DNA of 58,570 nucleotides, filler included, from Perkinsus olseni (Eukaryota): NCBI GenBank assembly GCA_013115125.1. It is 2 parts of 2 records of this genome, joined end to end, with 100 filler letters (N's around TTAATTAATTAA, not from the genome) between each part and the next. Parts side by side here need not be neighbours in the genome. Positions count along the whole stretch, not along the records: positions 1 to 29,261 come from JABANN010000433.1; positions 29,362 to 58,570 come from JABANN010000434.1. One strand, 5' to 3'. Shown piece by piece: positions 27,949 to 38,690 of this stretch (position 1 is its first letter; each line of letters starts with the position of its first letter). The notes under the pieces were generated by a model. It saw only the letters and a program-made list of their open reading frames with translations, ran no database searches and was not told where the DNA came from. The position numbers and the translations under genes were made by a program.

Positions 27949-28727
27949 ATGAGTATCATGATGCTACTTGGCAGTTCGTTTGATATGATATTCTATGCTG
28001 TTCTCTACAGTTGGGCGTATGTGGCCTTGTTCGTCACCACGTGTGCCCTCGTGTGTATAACAGTATACATGGTAATAATGGGGTATCGTAAACATCAGGT
28101 TAATACAACCTCAATGTACGGGTATCGTATTCTATTGGACTCATCACACTATCGTTATCAAGCTTGTAGTACGAGAGCTCTTCCTTCAACAAGTTGACCT
28201 CTTCAGTTGGGTGAGTTTGGAGATCTCGAGAGCGACTACACAAACCCCATCGACTTCTGCAATGAAGCAAATCAGGTGAAGTTACCCGAATAACGCCTGT
28301 CGGCTCATCTTGTGCCTCAGGTTGCCCGCTATGAGTTCGCATTGATAGCTGCTTCAGCAATGCTTCTCTTCTGCGCTTTTGATTGGATAGGGCTCTTAGT
28401 CTTCCTACCCTTTACAGCAGTAATGCTAAGGGAGTACTTCACTCGGCGGTAAAAGTCCTACCTTAGCTACTCAAGCCTGGAGTGAATGCTACCTCAGTTA
28501 CCTCTTCGAGAGCACTCTTCTATTCAAAGGGAAGAAGCTCGAGCATCACAAAAACTGGTAGTATGATCAACAAGCGAACAACGCGTTGAGCTCAAATTAT
28601 TTCCTTCAGGAGTGCTTTCCGACTGGTATTCTACGTCGTGTTTTTTGTTTACATAGTGTTCCGATTCATCCAATCGATTGTAGCGCATGGCATTGACGCG
28701 AAGTACACTTTGGTGCCCTACCAGTAA
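27949..28727 (+). CDS. Cornichon/Erv14-family ER cargo receptor
   Basis: TM1 (..LVCITVYMVIM), then DLESDYTNPIDFCNEAN (~28221-28272), YEFALIA..WIGLLVFLPF, and C-terminal RLVFYVVFFVYIVFRFI; stop TAA at 28725-28727. Confidence 0.85.
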
Positions 28728-29261
28728 CCATCACCATTCTTATACCATGTTTAATAACCTGATCCATACATTTCCTGATGCTCTACACCGCATTCCTGTT
28801 CATACCATTGTGTTTCTAAGATGTGTTACAGTACTCTGAATGCAGATATGTCGCTTCGAGCTCTCGCTATGTCAGTCAATCAAGTGTTATCGGCGTGTCT
28901 GTGGTTTCTCTGCGCACATTCTGAGTGTAGCCGCGGCAAGTTGATCAGGGATTGCATCCAGTAAGCCTTCTCGAAGTCATGACATCAGAGCCGTCCCCAG
29001 TTACTCAGAGGAAGAGACGCAACAGCCAATCGTTTTGCCTCGAAAAAATACAGTGAGTCGGAAGAGCTGAGTTAAGTGTAGCCGTATGGTTGACTCCTGC
29101 ATGTTACTTCAACAAGGGTCATTCCCAATGGACGCAAGGCGGTGGTGCTGCTGTCGTCATTTCACTATTCATAGGCGAGGAAGTAGGGGGTGGAGATGCA
29201 AGAGGGGATGAGGCTGCTGTCGACGGTGACTGTCTTGAGAGAAGCATCTTGGCTCGCAAGC

Positions 29262-29361
29262 NNNNNNNNNNNNNNNNNNNNNNNNNNNNNNNNNNNNNNN
29301 NNNNNTTAATTAATTAANNNNNNNNNNNNNNNNNNNNNNNNNNNNNNNNNNNNNNNNNNNN
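29262..29361. other. Artificial contig-join linker (N-run / TTAATTAATTAA / N-run)
   Basis: Six-frame stop linker TTAATTAATTAA at 29306-29317 embedded in Ns; gene and intron style change across it. Confidence 0.97.
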
Positions 29362-29440
29362 CGTAAAGATAAGCTTAAGTATTGCGCGCACGCCCGACTA
29401 TCATCAACCAACGAAGACAATAGTTCGCGCAACACCTTCG

Positions 29441-29480
29441 CCTTAGGAGGGAGGCGCCATATCCATTAGGCCAGAAGGGC
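29441..29480 (-). tRNA. 5' half of tRNA-Arg(CCU); 3' half not visible (structured insert follows, then the gap)
   Basis: Minus strand GCCCTTC TG GCCT AATGGATA TGGC G CCTCC CT CCT AA gives acceptor 5' strand, D-arm/A-box and anticodon CCT exactly at positions 34-36. Confidence 0.7.
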
Positions 29481-29974
29481 CGTAGGAGCTGCTAACATCC
29501 ACCACACCGTACCATCAACTCCTGTCAAATATCAGTGAGGCGTGGAATACATCAGTATCTGTCTAGTAGCTCAGGCTGTCCCTCGACGGAGGTTTTGATT
29601 CTCTGTTGGGTAACGCCTTCTGAATGATTGGCCGCGCAAAATGTACAGACAACAGTGGTACTGTGCACAAGATCGAACAGAAGATGCTGTCGAAGATTCG
29701 GACGCAAGGCCGTGCACACCGCGGCGGTGGCCCGCGATCGACAAGCAGGTCACCACCAAGATTCTCCCCTCCTCATCTCAATCTCGAGTTGAACTTGAGC
29801 GGGCCTCGTCTATTCACCCAAGAACCCCCAACTATCAACACAACAGCAGCTACTGAGAACTCTGCCACTGTTCTAACCAATGAAACTAGTGATGATGATA
29901 ATGACAAAAAAGGACAAACCAGCCGCCAATAGTGAGTCTCTCGGGAATCACCCAACTCAATCAGCAGACGAGCA

Positions 29975-32900
29975 TCACATTCTCGAAGTGCCGTTAAAAC
30001 GGCCGAGAGGCTTGACAAGCGTCATGTCACGTAGTTGAGTGAAGAGCCCCCGCTGTGTGGGTTGCTGCCTCTCCTCAACCCCGCCACAGGAGACCTCTGA
30101 AGAGTTGGACAAGGCCTTACCTTGGGGAAGGGCCGGACCTGAAATTGGGCAAGTTTTGGTATGACATCGACCCGGCCTACTCTCTTTGATCGACTCAAGA
30201 AGAGCCAAAAGTTCTTGCATCTTCTCGACCGTGATGTGCACGGTCCTACCCTTCACCGTTATACACCTGCCAGGAATAAAGTCATGAGCCACTTCCTCGA
30301 CCAATACGATAAACCCGACTCTTGTTGTTCAACGGGCGATTCCCTTTCTATGCATTCCCGCGAGCACTCGCCGACATTCTACGCGAGAGGTCCGCCACGG
30401 ACCGTCGCTGTCCACGACGCTTCTCCGCGAAGTAACCAACCAGTCGAGCGCGAAAAACGGTCGACCCGAGCTCCCTACTCGACAATAGCACAGCCTCAAC
30501 GAAATTCCCATAGTGCCATCCACTGCGCGGTAAACTATATCTGATTTCCATGGCAACACCTACCCTCGTTTTTCCATCCCTCTGACAGCCTTCTTAGCGA
30601 AGTCGAAGGAGCAAGCTTCCAAATACGAACATCTCCCTTCCTCATACATCTCCTTCGCCAAGCCCGACGCCCTCGAGACCAACTCCGTGACGGTAGTGGT
30701 GAGACTAGGGTAGGTACAAGCTGCCAAGGCCACCACCCACCAGCACTCGACCACCGGCCCGATTAAGGACACGGCAAAGTCGTTCAACTCTCGATCGCAA
30801 CCCTCTGCCACTCGTTGCTGAGCAGGGATGCATCCAAGGAGAAGCTCTGTTCGCAGGAAGGAGACCTTCGTGGAGTCACCGGCGGCAAGGACCAGGCAGG
30901 CCTCATGACCGAGATGATAGATAAGCTGATTGCGGTAGTAGCTTAGCAAGAGGGTGGCGAACAGCGGGTTGGCGGGGCAGACGGAATACCTGAGCGGCCA
31001 GTCGGAGGGAGTCTAACTCATCTTCGTCGAAAGCTCAAATTTATAGAGACTATGAGAGACCGGGAAAAAGTTGGAGAATGGAGCCACTTGTTCGGTGGTG
31101 CGCCGGTGGATCGCGACTCGCGAGCCGCAGAGGTAGGGCGCGCACGCGACGAGACATTGTGCACGCATACGTGAAACAGATCGTCACATGTCAACTTGAC
31201 ATGATGTCAAGTCTCATAGGGCCTCATTGAACCATGTATTTACCTCCTCGACTGAGAGGCGAAGTTACACGATGTCCTCTTCGTCAAGAAAAGAATACGA
31301 TCCCGAGGAAATGGCGAAGTGGTGCGAACAGCAGTAGTTCGATTAATTATGGGAATGCTTTCTGCAGATACAATTGCATGGAGCAGTCGAGATCATGCGA
31401 GAATCTTCGTGGTTCCTCCTCCCAGAGGTCGACGACCTATTAACGTGTCTTCGGCCAACCATCGTGTGGTTGACGCGTTGCTGAACAGTGAAATTGATCC
31501 TGTTTGATACATGCGCCGCTGTCCCTTTCGTGTTGGTTTGATAGGGGAATCTTCGCGCGCTATGTTTTCTTTAAGTAATAGATGAAAATACAAAAAAGAT
31601 AATTTTCCTTTATGAGAACAATTTTTCGTCTGTTAATAAGTTTGAACCAACTCATGTGGTTTGAGGGTGTAGCAATATCGTGGCATAAATGCCAGGATGA
31701 GCTTGTGTGTTGGTTTAGACAGGGGGTCTTAGCGCGCTGAGACGCGCTAGGTCTTCTCGGAGTGGTAGATAATAAAAAGATAATTCTCCTTCATGATGAC
31801 GGGCTCTTCGTCTGTAAATAAACGGAAACCGGAGGGCGACTGGCCCGACCGGACTTACTTCACTTCGCCAGTCTCTTCTTCTGGCGCGGAGATCACAACA
31901 TGATCGACGTAAAGGGAAGCCACACGTGAAACAGCCGAGGAAGTCTGAAGGTGATCCAGCAAAATACCATCGGAGGGAATCGAACCCGGGACCGCTTACA
32001 TTGTTGTCATCCAGTATGACCGTCAAGCCACGTCTTCTCAACAACGATGACAACCACCTCACCTTGTCCACCATCATAGCGTGGCTCACAGCGGAAGACG
32101 AATCGTGTCGCTTCCACAACAAAATTGCCGCCACCTGAGCTCAACCCCCCACCGTCCGCCGGGCAGCGACCCAAACCCCTCCGGCGAACCCTCACCAGAT
32201 GGGTGGTGTGGATGGGCATGTTGGCGTCCAAACGATCAGCCACTTCCTCTGCCAACTGCTGATAGGGCGTGGCGTATCGAGGGGACTTCGGAGGAACAGG
32301 GGAAGGGGAATAGTCACCTAGCGACGACTAAACAGTTGAGGAAATTGCAAGTGGGAGTAAGATGGCAAGTGGCTGCCCACCTTTCTGTTCGCTCATCCAC
32401 CGCTTGACAACGTCGCTGACCTTGATCGGCTCGGGGTCGATATGGACCGTCAGAGTCCCAAAGTTCATAGACAAGTAGCGCAACGCCCTGCCAAAGGAGA
32501 GCTGCAACCGCCGTGATGGCGTGTCAGCGCCTACGAGACCGTCCTCGCGAGGCTCTCGGCGACTTTGGCTCGGCCCTCCAGCTCGGTGGCGAGGGAATCG
32601 ACTTCCATCACTCGGGAATATCCGATAGAAATCGGTACGAGGAAAACCTCATCTTCATCTGATCGCAACGCTGCTGGCTGAGCTCGGTGAATTCATCCCC
32701 TCTTCGAGGACACCAGGATAGCTTTTCACACAATAAATCTGGGTTGAACGGGAGAGCTCTATAGACAGCCTCAATCCTGTGATGGGGCTCCTGGGTAATT
32801 CGAAACTACACGGTTGTTATTCTCGTCTATAAATCAGTCGTTTCTTACCAATCGGAAAAAGAGATTCAACCTCTTCGACCGTTCTAGCCGAATTCTCCCG

Positions 32901-35900
32901 CGAAGACTGAGTTCCTACCCGTGAAATCAGACGCCGAACTCGCGTTCATCGCAGTCTGGACCGCCGGCTCAGTGGCGAACCTCAAGAGCCCAACCTTGGG
33001 TGGGCGTATCATCGTGCCGCTTCTCGACCGAGCCCCCTCTATGAACATCTCGACGCATCCTGACAGAATGAGACCCACTGCCAAGCGCTGCCTGCCATCT
33101 CCAAGTGGTTTCCCACGAAAATTTCTGACCGTTCCGCCACAGCCACGCACTCAACGGCTTCGAACCGAAGCCTTAAATTACAGAATAGGAAGAGGCTCTG
33201 CGCTACAACGAGTGACCGGATGAATTCGAAATACTCACGGCAATCTTAATCTTTATCGCTTACAAAGAGCAACCGCTGGGGATGAGACGCCTTCGCTCAC
33301 CTTGTTCGTCGAGTATGACTTGCATGTAGGTCTTAAAGACAATCGAGTACAGGGGATGAGTCTCGCTGTTAAAGGAGCGTTTCATAAAGAAGGCACCTAT
33401 ATTGGAGCGGAGCGTGTGGAAGATCCAGATATCTATCCTCCGATGTAGTCTAGCTGGTTAGGATTCGTGGCTCTCACCCACGCGACCGGGGTTCGAGTCC
33501 CCGCATCGGAACTTTTCAAACCATTTCTTACCAGAATGCTGTAATATCTTCCAGATCCCCGCAATAGAAAAGAAGTTGTCCCCAGTAGCGATAAAAGGCA
33601 GCCGAATGTCGGCACTGAAATCAACCCCCGATTGGCCGCTAAATCTGAGGCTAATCGCGGAGTTCGAACTCACTAGTACAAACGGGGCCTGTACAACATA
33701 AGAGACCATAGAAAAACCACAATACTGCCACACAATCTAGAAGGCATGCCGTCGCTCCTAACCCGCGCCGGGTATCACTCACTATTTGGCCACACCATGA
33801 GTTCTTACTAGTAGCAGATGTAGCTGAGCACTAGGAAGTCAATGTAGCTCCTATGTGTCGGTAGTAGAAGAATCTTAGCACCATGCTGGTTCAATCTGGG
33901 ACACAAAAATGCCCCGAGGGTGATTCGAACCGGGGACCTACTCCTTTAGCTTCCCAAGACCATCATGATTGACGAGTACTCGATCATAAATAGAGGTAAA
34001 GACACGATGAAGGACTATGACGAACGCCCTGAGCACGTCGCTTCGCTGGTTGCCCATAATACGGTCCTGAAACACCGCGATTTGATATAATGACATCGAC
34101 CGGACGGCAGTCAGTTCGTCTCTGTGATGCCAAAAAATAATCTAATTAATTGAGTAATTTTAATAATTTATGAAAAATTCTACTATTTTCCAGACAAAAA
34201 CTTAATATCCTTTCGCTTGGCTCATTCGTCTCGACAAAACAGTATAAACGTTGAAGAGAGCATCAACGAGGTTCCTCTCTTTCCGTCGCCAAATTCCGAA
34301 TTATTGCTCAGAATAAATAATTCCATCAAATCATACCATATTTCCCGATATTCACAGGCCCACGTAACCACGCGAAACACTCATTCCAAATTCGAATGAT
34401 GGATGGATGAATGGATTTCCAATGGAATTTTCGAGCGCATTGGAATTTCCAATGCGCTCGAAAATTCCATAATTCCGCCTCACCAGCATGGCCTCCGCCT
34501 CCCCCTTCAACTTCTTGCTGTGAGTTGCTTCCCGGACGGCCCTCGAGTTCATCACCAACGACCTCACACGCTCCATGCTCGGCATGTAATACGACAAGGC
34601 TTCCTTCCGCAGCGCCTGTCACAGCAGGAAAAAAATTACCGCGCGCCACGAAATTATTTTCAACTTACAAAATTGAGTACTCCGCCGTGCTGCCATTTTG
34701 CATCCGATAAAACATCAGTATAACGCAGCGGCTGCTGCATCGTCAGACTTCTTCCGGCAGGCGGGCGAACATCCAAAAACTCCGCTCCGCCATTTTCAAT
34801 CAGTCCAAGACAGTGGGTGAGATAGTTATGAATGTGCAGGCCGCGGACGTCCGCGCAGACCTCGGGATCGATTCTCTCCAGCGTGGCGCTGCAAACCTGA
34901 TCGAGGGGGGCTTAGGGACCACCCAAGGTGTCGTGGCGGTAGTCTCATTGAAAGATCCTTCGCGTCAGCTCCGAATTTCCAGAAAAAAAATTCTAGAATT
35001 TTCTGGAATTTTCTTCCGCACGAAAGTTCTAATTTGACGGCAAGTCGGCCCAGCGTTACCTCATGGGGAGGGGGAGCCCGGCGCAGAACAGCGCCGGTAC
35101 CGCGGCCATCAGCGGCAGATACGCGCCCGCCCGAATGATCGATTATCAGACAACGTAATTTGTCCCACTGCAGCATGGGCGAGGCCAATGCCAGAGCATA
35201 TACTTGCGGGCTTTCAGTAATCTAAAAAGGCAGAAAACGCAAGTCACCAGGGTTCGAACCCGCGACCATGCGTACCTCAGCGCTGGTCCGTACCTCTTCG
35301 ACAGCGGCACTGAGGACAGCTCGAGCGGCTAGATCAGCCGGTGTGATGAGAATCACCGCTTTCGGATCGGTCTTCCGACCGTCCAAAGTCGGCAACAGCG
35401 AAATCGTCATCAGATCACTCGCAGATTTGCCAACCCTCGCCCTGGCCAGGGCGCGCGCTTCCGGCACCATCACCCGCTCCGCCACAGCATTGAACGCCCT
35501 CGATAGAGTTGAACATGCTGGCGGAGTGAGCAGCCCCAGTCTGACGAATGCCTGAGAGAAATTTTGGTGAGTCCATTGTCACGATAATGAGCACAATACG
35601 ATAGTCGAACTAGCTTGAACTCATCCCCTTTCGAACGAGATACCGTCGGTGCTAGTCGGACTAAGCCGGTCTACAGCGTTGAACCCAAAAGCACACTTTG
35701 TGTTTTGAACACGAGGCACACAGAGCAACGCTGTGTTTAATCGCGACAGACCACGGGCACGAAGCTGATAGTCCGCCCCAACGCTCTCAAGCACTCCCGA
35801 ATACTGCCGTGCTTGCTTTATTAGCATTGGAATGCTGGCAAAGTGAACCGTGTATCGAGTGAAAGTTTGATAATAGAATGGACACCTATGAAGCTTCTAC

Positions 35901-37512
35901 TCCGAAAGTTTTACGCTGTTACTCGACGTCTACCGAGAGCGGTGGAGTAACTTTCCAAATTGAGCAAGTTCTCACGAAAAATGCCATTCTTATAACGGTG
36001 ATTGTCCACCGAAAAAAACCGAATAAATAACTTTCAATGAGTCTACAAAACTACTATCGATTTATACAGGATAATCTCATGGAGCCATGCAACTCTCACC
36101 AGTCGACAGGAACGCTCATTCTGCAGCCAGCGTCTCGCCAGAGCTTGCTCGCAGCAGTAACTAAGAGGGAATCTCCGCTGGATCGATCGACGTCGAGGAG
36201 AAGCATTGCTTTCCGATGACGATGATGCTGCCGATGTGAAGATGAGAAGAAAACGAACGGAAGCAATTTGGTCTAGACAAACCCATTCGCGATGAGGGTA
36301 GCAATTATTATTTAGTGACTGTGTAGTTAGCCGTATCTTAGGTTGACCCTGGCAATTCACGAAAACCCCTATTATAGGTTCCAACGCAATAAAGATACTC
36401 CCCCTACTTTAGGTATATATTCTTGCTCGGCCATCTCTTCCGAGTGCTTCCAGTCAGCCTCGCTGCCATCGATGAGGCCCTCGGACGTTCCGCAGTCGGC
36501 AGGAGCTCGAACGCCTACTACCAACAACACTCCCTTAGCTGTGCTCAAGCACCCCCATGGCGCATCATCCTTAGAACACACGGTGACCTACTCGTTATAG
36601 CGCTATAACAGAATCACAACTGATTCGCGCAAAGTATAACTCGTAAGGAAGTGTTTACCAGTGGATTCACGGCTGCACAATCTCGGAGAATCACGGGAAA
36701 CAAACTCACCACGACCGTGACTCGTCAGGTGCTCAACAACTGTGTCGAAGCAAGGACGAGGACCCTGCAATTTTGCTTCCTGACGAAGACCGCAGCAGCT
36801 GGCGACTGCAGGAATTTTTGAGGAGCAGTATTGTGTAATATTGACGTGACAGCCGGCGGCACCGCCCTTTGTGCTGAGACGCGGCGATTTACCATGTACA
36901 GCACGATGTATACGGAAAGCTTCAGTCAAACAACCGTGAGAAGAACGATCAGTAATACCATCTTTCTACCAATTCATAGTTGAACTATGAAGTGAACTAT
37001 GATAGTTCACTACGCCCCAGCAAATGCAAGCAAACCTCGAAGCATCCAAGCTCACCATGCTAGTGTCCTCTCCACCATGACCACGCCCACCAACACCCCA
37101 GTTCACATAAACCGAACTAGCATAAACAAAGATACTCAGCCCAGGCAGCTGTAATATGCATCGATCAAAGAACCTCGAAGATCGACAGAAAGATGCGCGC
37201 GACCGGCGCAGACGTGCCCGTACTTGGCCACCTGTTCAGGAGTACTATTGCTATTGCAGTAAACAACGGCATTGATATCAGCCGGAAAAGGACCTGAATC
37301 TTGGTAATCTGCCCTCTCTTGCAATTCCTCAACGCTCTACCTGCATCAGCGTAGATTTTGTTGATCTTCGGGGCGCTTGGTGGTCTGTTGTCAGTTTTTT
37401 CCATACCAAAATTTCCGTCAACGATGTAGCAGTCTTCCGCTCCCGACTCGACGAATAAGAAAATAACAGAACTCGGATGTTGCCTGACATTGCGTTCACT
37501 CGTATCCACCAT
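29975..37512 (-). CDS. Fusion of a degenerate fatty acyl-CoA reductase (FAR)-like domain with a DHAP/glycerol-3-phosphate acyltransferase (GNPAT-like, FARAT architecture), C-terminal PTS1 SRM
   Basis: Acyltransferase motifs: LLLPTHRSYIDFLVLSY (33895-33815), GAFFMKRSF (33396), FIEGARSRSG (~33040), LSYYRNQL (~30945). FAR-like N-terminal motifs: FPLSYCCEQALA, AFVRLGLL, LITPADLAARAVLSAA, VYALALASPMLQW. Last ORF ends FNGTSRM* at 29975. Confidence 0.82.
31961..31993 (-). pseudogene. Orphan tRNA 3' end (T-arm/B-box + acceptor strand + T-run) forming most of intron 31945-31999
   Basis: gtaagc GGTC CCGGG TTCGATT CCCTC CGATGGT A TTTT ...ttcag. Confidence 0.75.
33439..33511 (+). tRNA. tRNA-Glu(CUC), antisense inside intron 33397-33531 of the GNPAT-like gene
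   Basis: Acceptor TCCGATG/CATCGGA, anticodon arm CGTGG-CT CTC AC-CCACG, T-arm CGGGG TTCGAGT CCCCG, downstream TTTT. Confidence 0.97.
33906..33939 (-). pseudogene. Orphan tRNA 3' end forming most of the 46-nt intron 33896-33941
   Basis: gt AGGTC CCCGG TTCGAAT CACCC TCGGGGC A TTTTT gtgtcccag; splicing joins GKLKE|LNQHGAKILLLPTHRSYIDF in frame. Confidence 0.8.
34422..34470. repeat. Perfect 24-bp inverted repeat with 1-nt centre (intronic)
   Basis: atggaattttcgagcgcattggaa-t-ttccaatgcgctcgaaaattccat. Confidence 0.92.
35233..35267 (-). pseudogene. Orphan tRNA 3' end forming most of the 54-nt intron 35222-35275
   Basis: gtacgcat GGTC GCGGG TTCGAAC CCTGG TGACTTG CG TTTT ctgcctttttag; splicing joins TSAE|ITESPQVY in frame. 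Confidence 0.75.
35607..35689. repeat. Dispersed ~85-bp element, copy 1 (others ~40279-40312 and ~56002-56084)
   Basis: Shared core tcgstgctagtckgactaagccrgt, with alignable flanks between copies 1 and 3. Confidence 0.8.
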
Positions 37513-38690
37513 GGATCGACCTAAGATGCGTTGGCGAGCTTGCTACTACACAGCTTGCTCCAACAACGACTGTTATGTCGTGATAGTCGAACATGGGCAA
37601 TTCAAATTCAAACGGCGTAAAATACCGAAAAAAAGAAAAGAAAAACTCGAAAATCTTTTTTCTCGAAAAAAAACGTGAAGAAAAAATTCGGAGAGAGAAA
37701 TTTCGTAGTCACCAACAACCACGCTATCCTCTACTATCCCTCCCGAAAAAACGTTGACGAGAATTCAGTGGAAGTGGTAAAAATAAGGGCCGTGCTGCGG
37801 GGAATCTTCAAGACCTGTGAGTTGCCAGCTTCGACCTCGGATTCCTACTTCGCTAGAGTGTGGAGCACCATTCGTCCGAGGAGCTCCGAAGAAGCCGTCA
37901 CAAGAATCTTCAACCTTGCAGAGTCTGTCATGGTCTAAGGGGCTTGAGATAACAACAACAAAGATGCATCTCTGCGCACACCGAAGATTTAAAGATTCTC
38001 CTCGCATCAAGAGAAAATCACTTTTCGAACGGCTTGCTCGTACTCTAGCGATCTTCAACCCTCTTGGACGCACAAGCTACCATTTCGAACTTGCACAAAA
38101 AATCGCGAAAAAATGTCAGCCTTGTTTCCACTCGAAAAACCCGTTGACCCTACCTCGGTCAGATAACAGGAAGGAGCGCCGAAGCCGAGCTGAATCGGTC
38201 ATAGAGGTGCGCAGACAGCAGATCACAACTCGAATACCACACCACCCACCAATCATTGCTAAGAAAAATCACTTCCATTTTTTACTGGGCGACAAATATT
38301 TTCCCCCTTCTTAAAAAATTTTCATTTTTATTTGATCCACTTTAAAGTCGATTTCTGAGCAAGCTTCGAGCAACCACAAACCAAAATCTCAACTGTTGTT
38401 CCTTCACGCCGTCAGTCGCTTCAAGAGACTCTCTCTCCACCATCAAGGGCACCATGTCGCCTGCTACACGTAAAAAAAAATAATTTTTTCTACGACCACG
38501 GAAAAAACCATCGCTGATCTCGTCAGGAACCAAGCTCAAACGGCATTCAAGCGTCAACCAGACAACTCTCCGGCTGAGAGAAGGATGATGATTTTTCCAA
38601 AAAACAGACGAAAGAAAATAAAACCTCCGCACGCCCGAGTCCCCCAAGATTGATGTTAACAAAGCAACGCCAACTCGAGATGAAGTAATT

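Noticed and set aside
29245-29260. gcatcttggctcgcaag resembles the Perkinsus/dinoflagellate spliced leader (..GCCATYTTGGCTCAAG)
   Set aside because: Only a partial match with indels, the 5' ACCGTA part is missing, and it abuts the gap; chance cannot be excluded.
29306-29317. TTAATTAATTAA palindrome
   Set aside because: Artificial six-frame-stop scaffolding linker; adjacency across it is not biological evidence.
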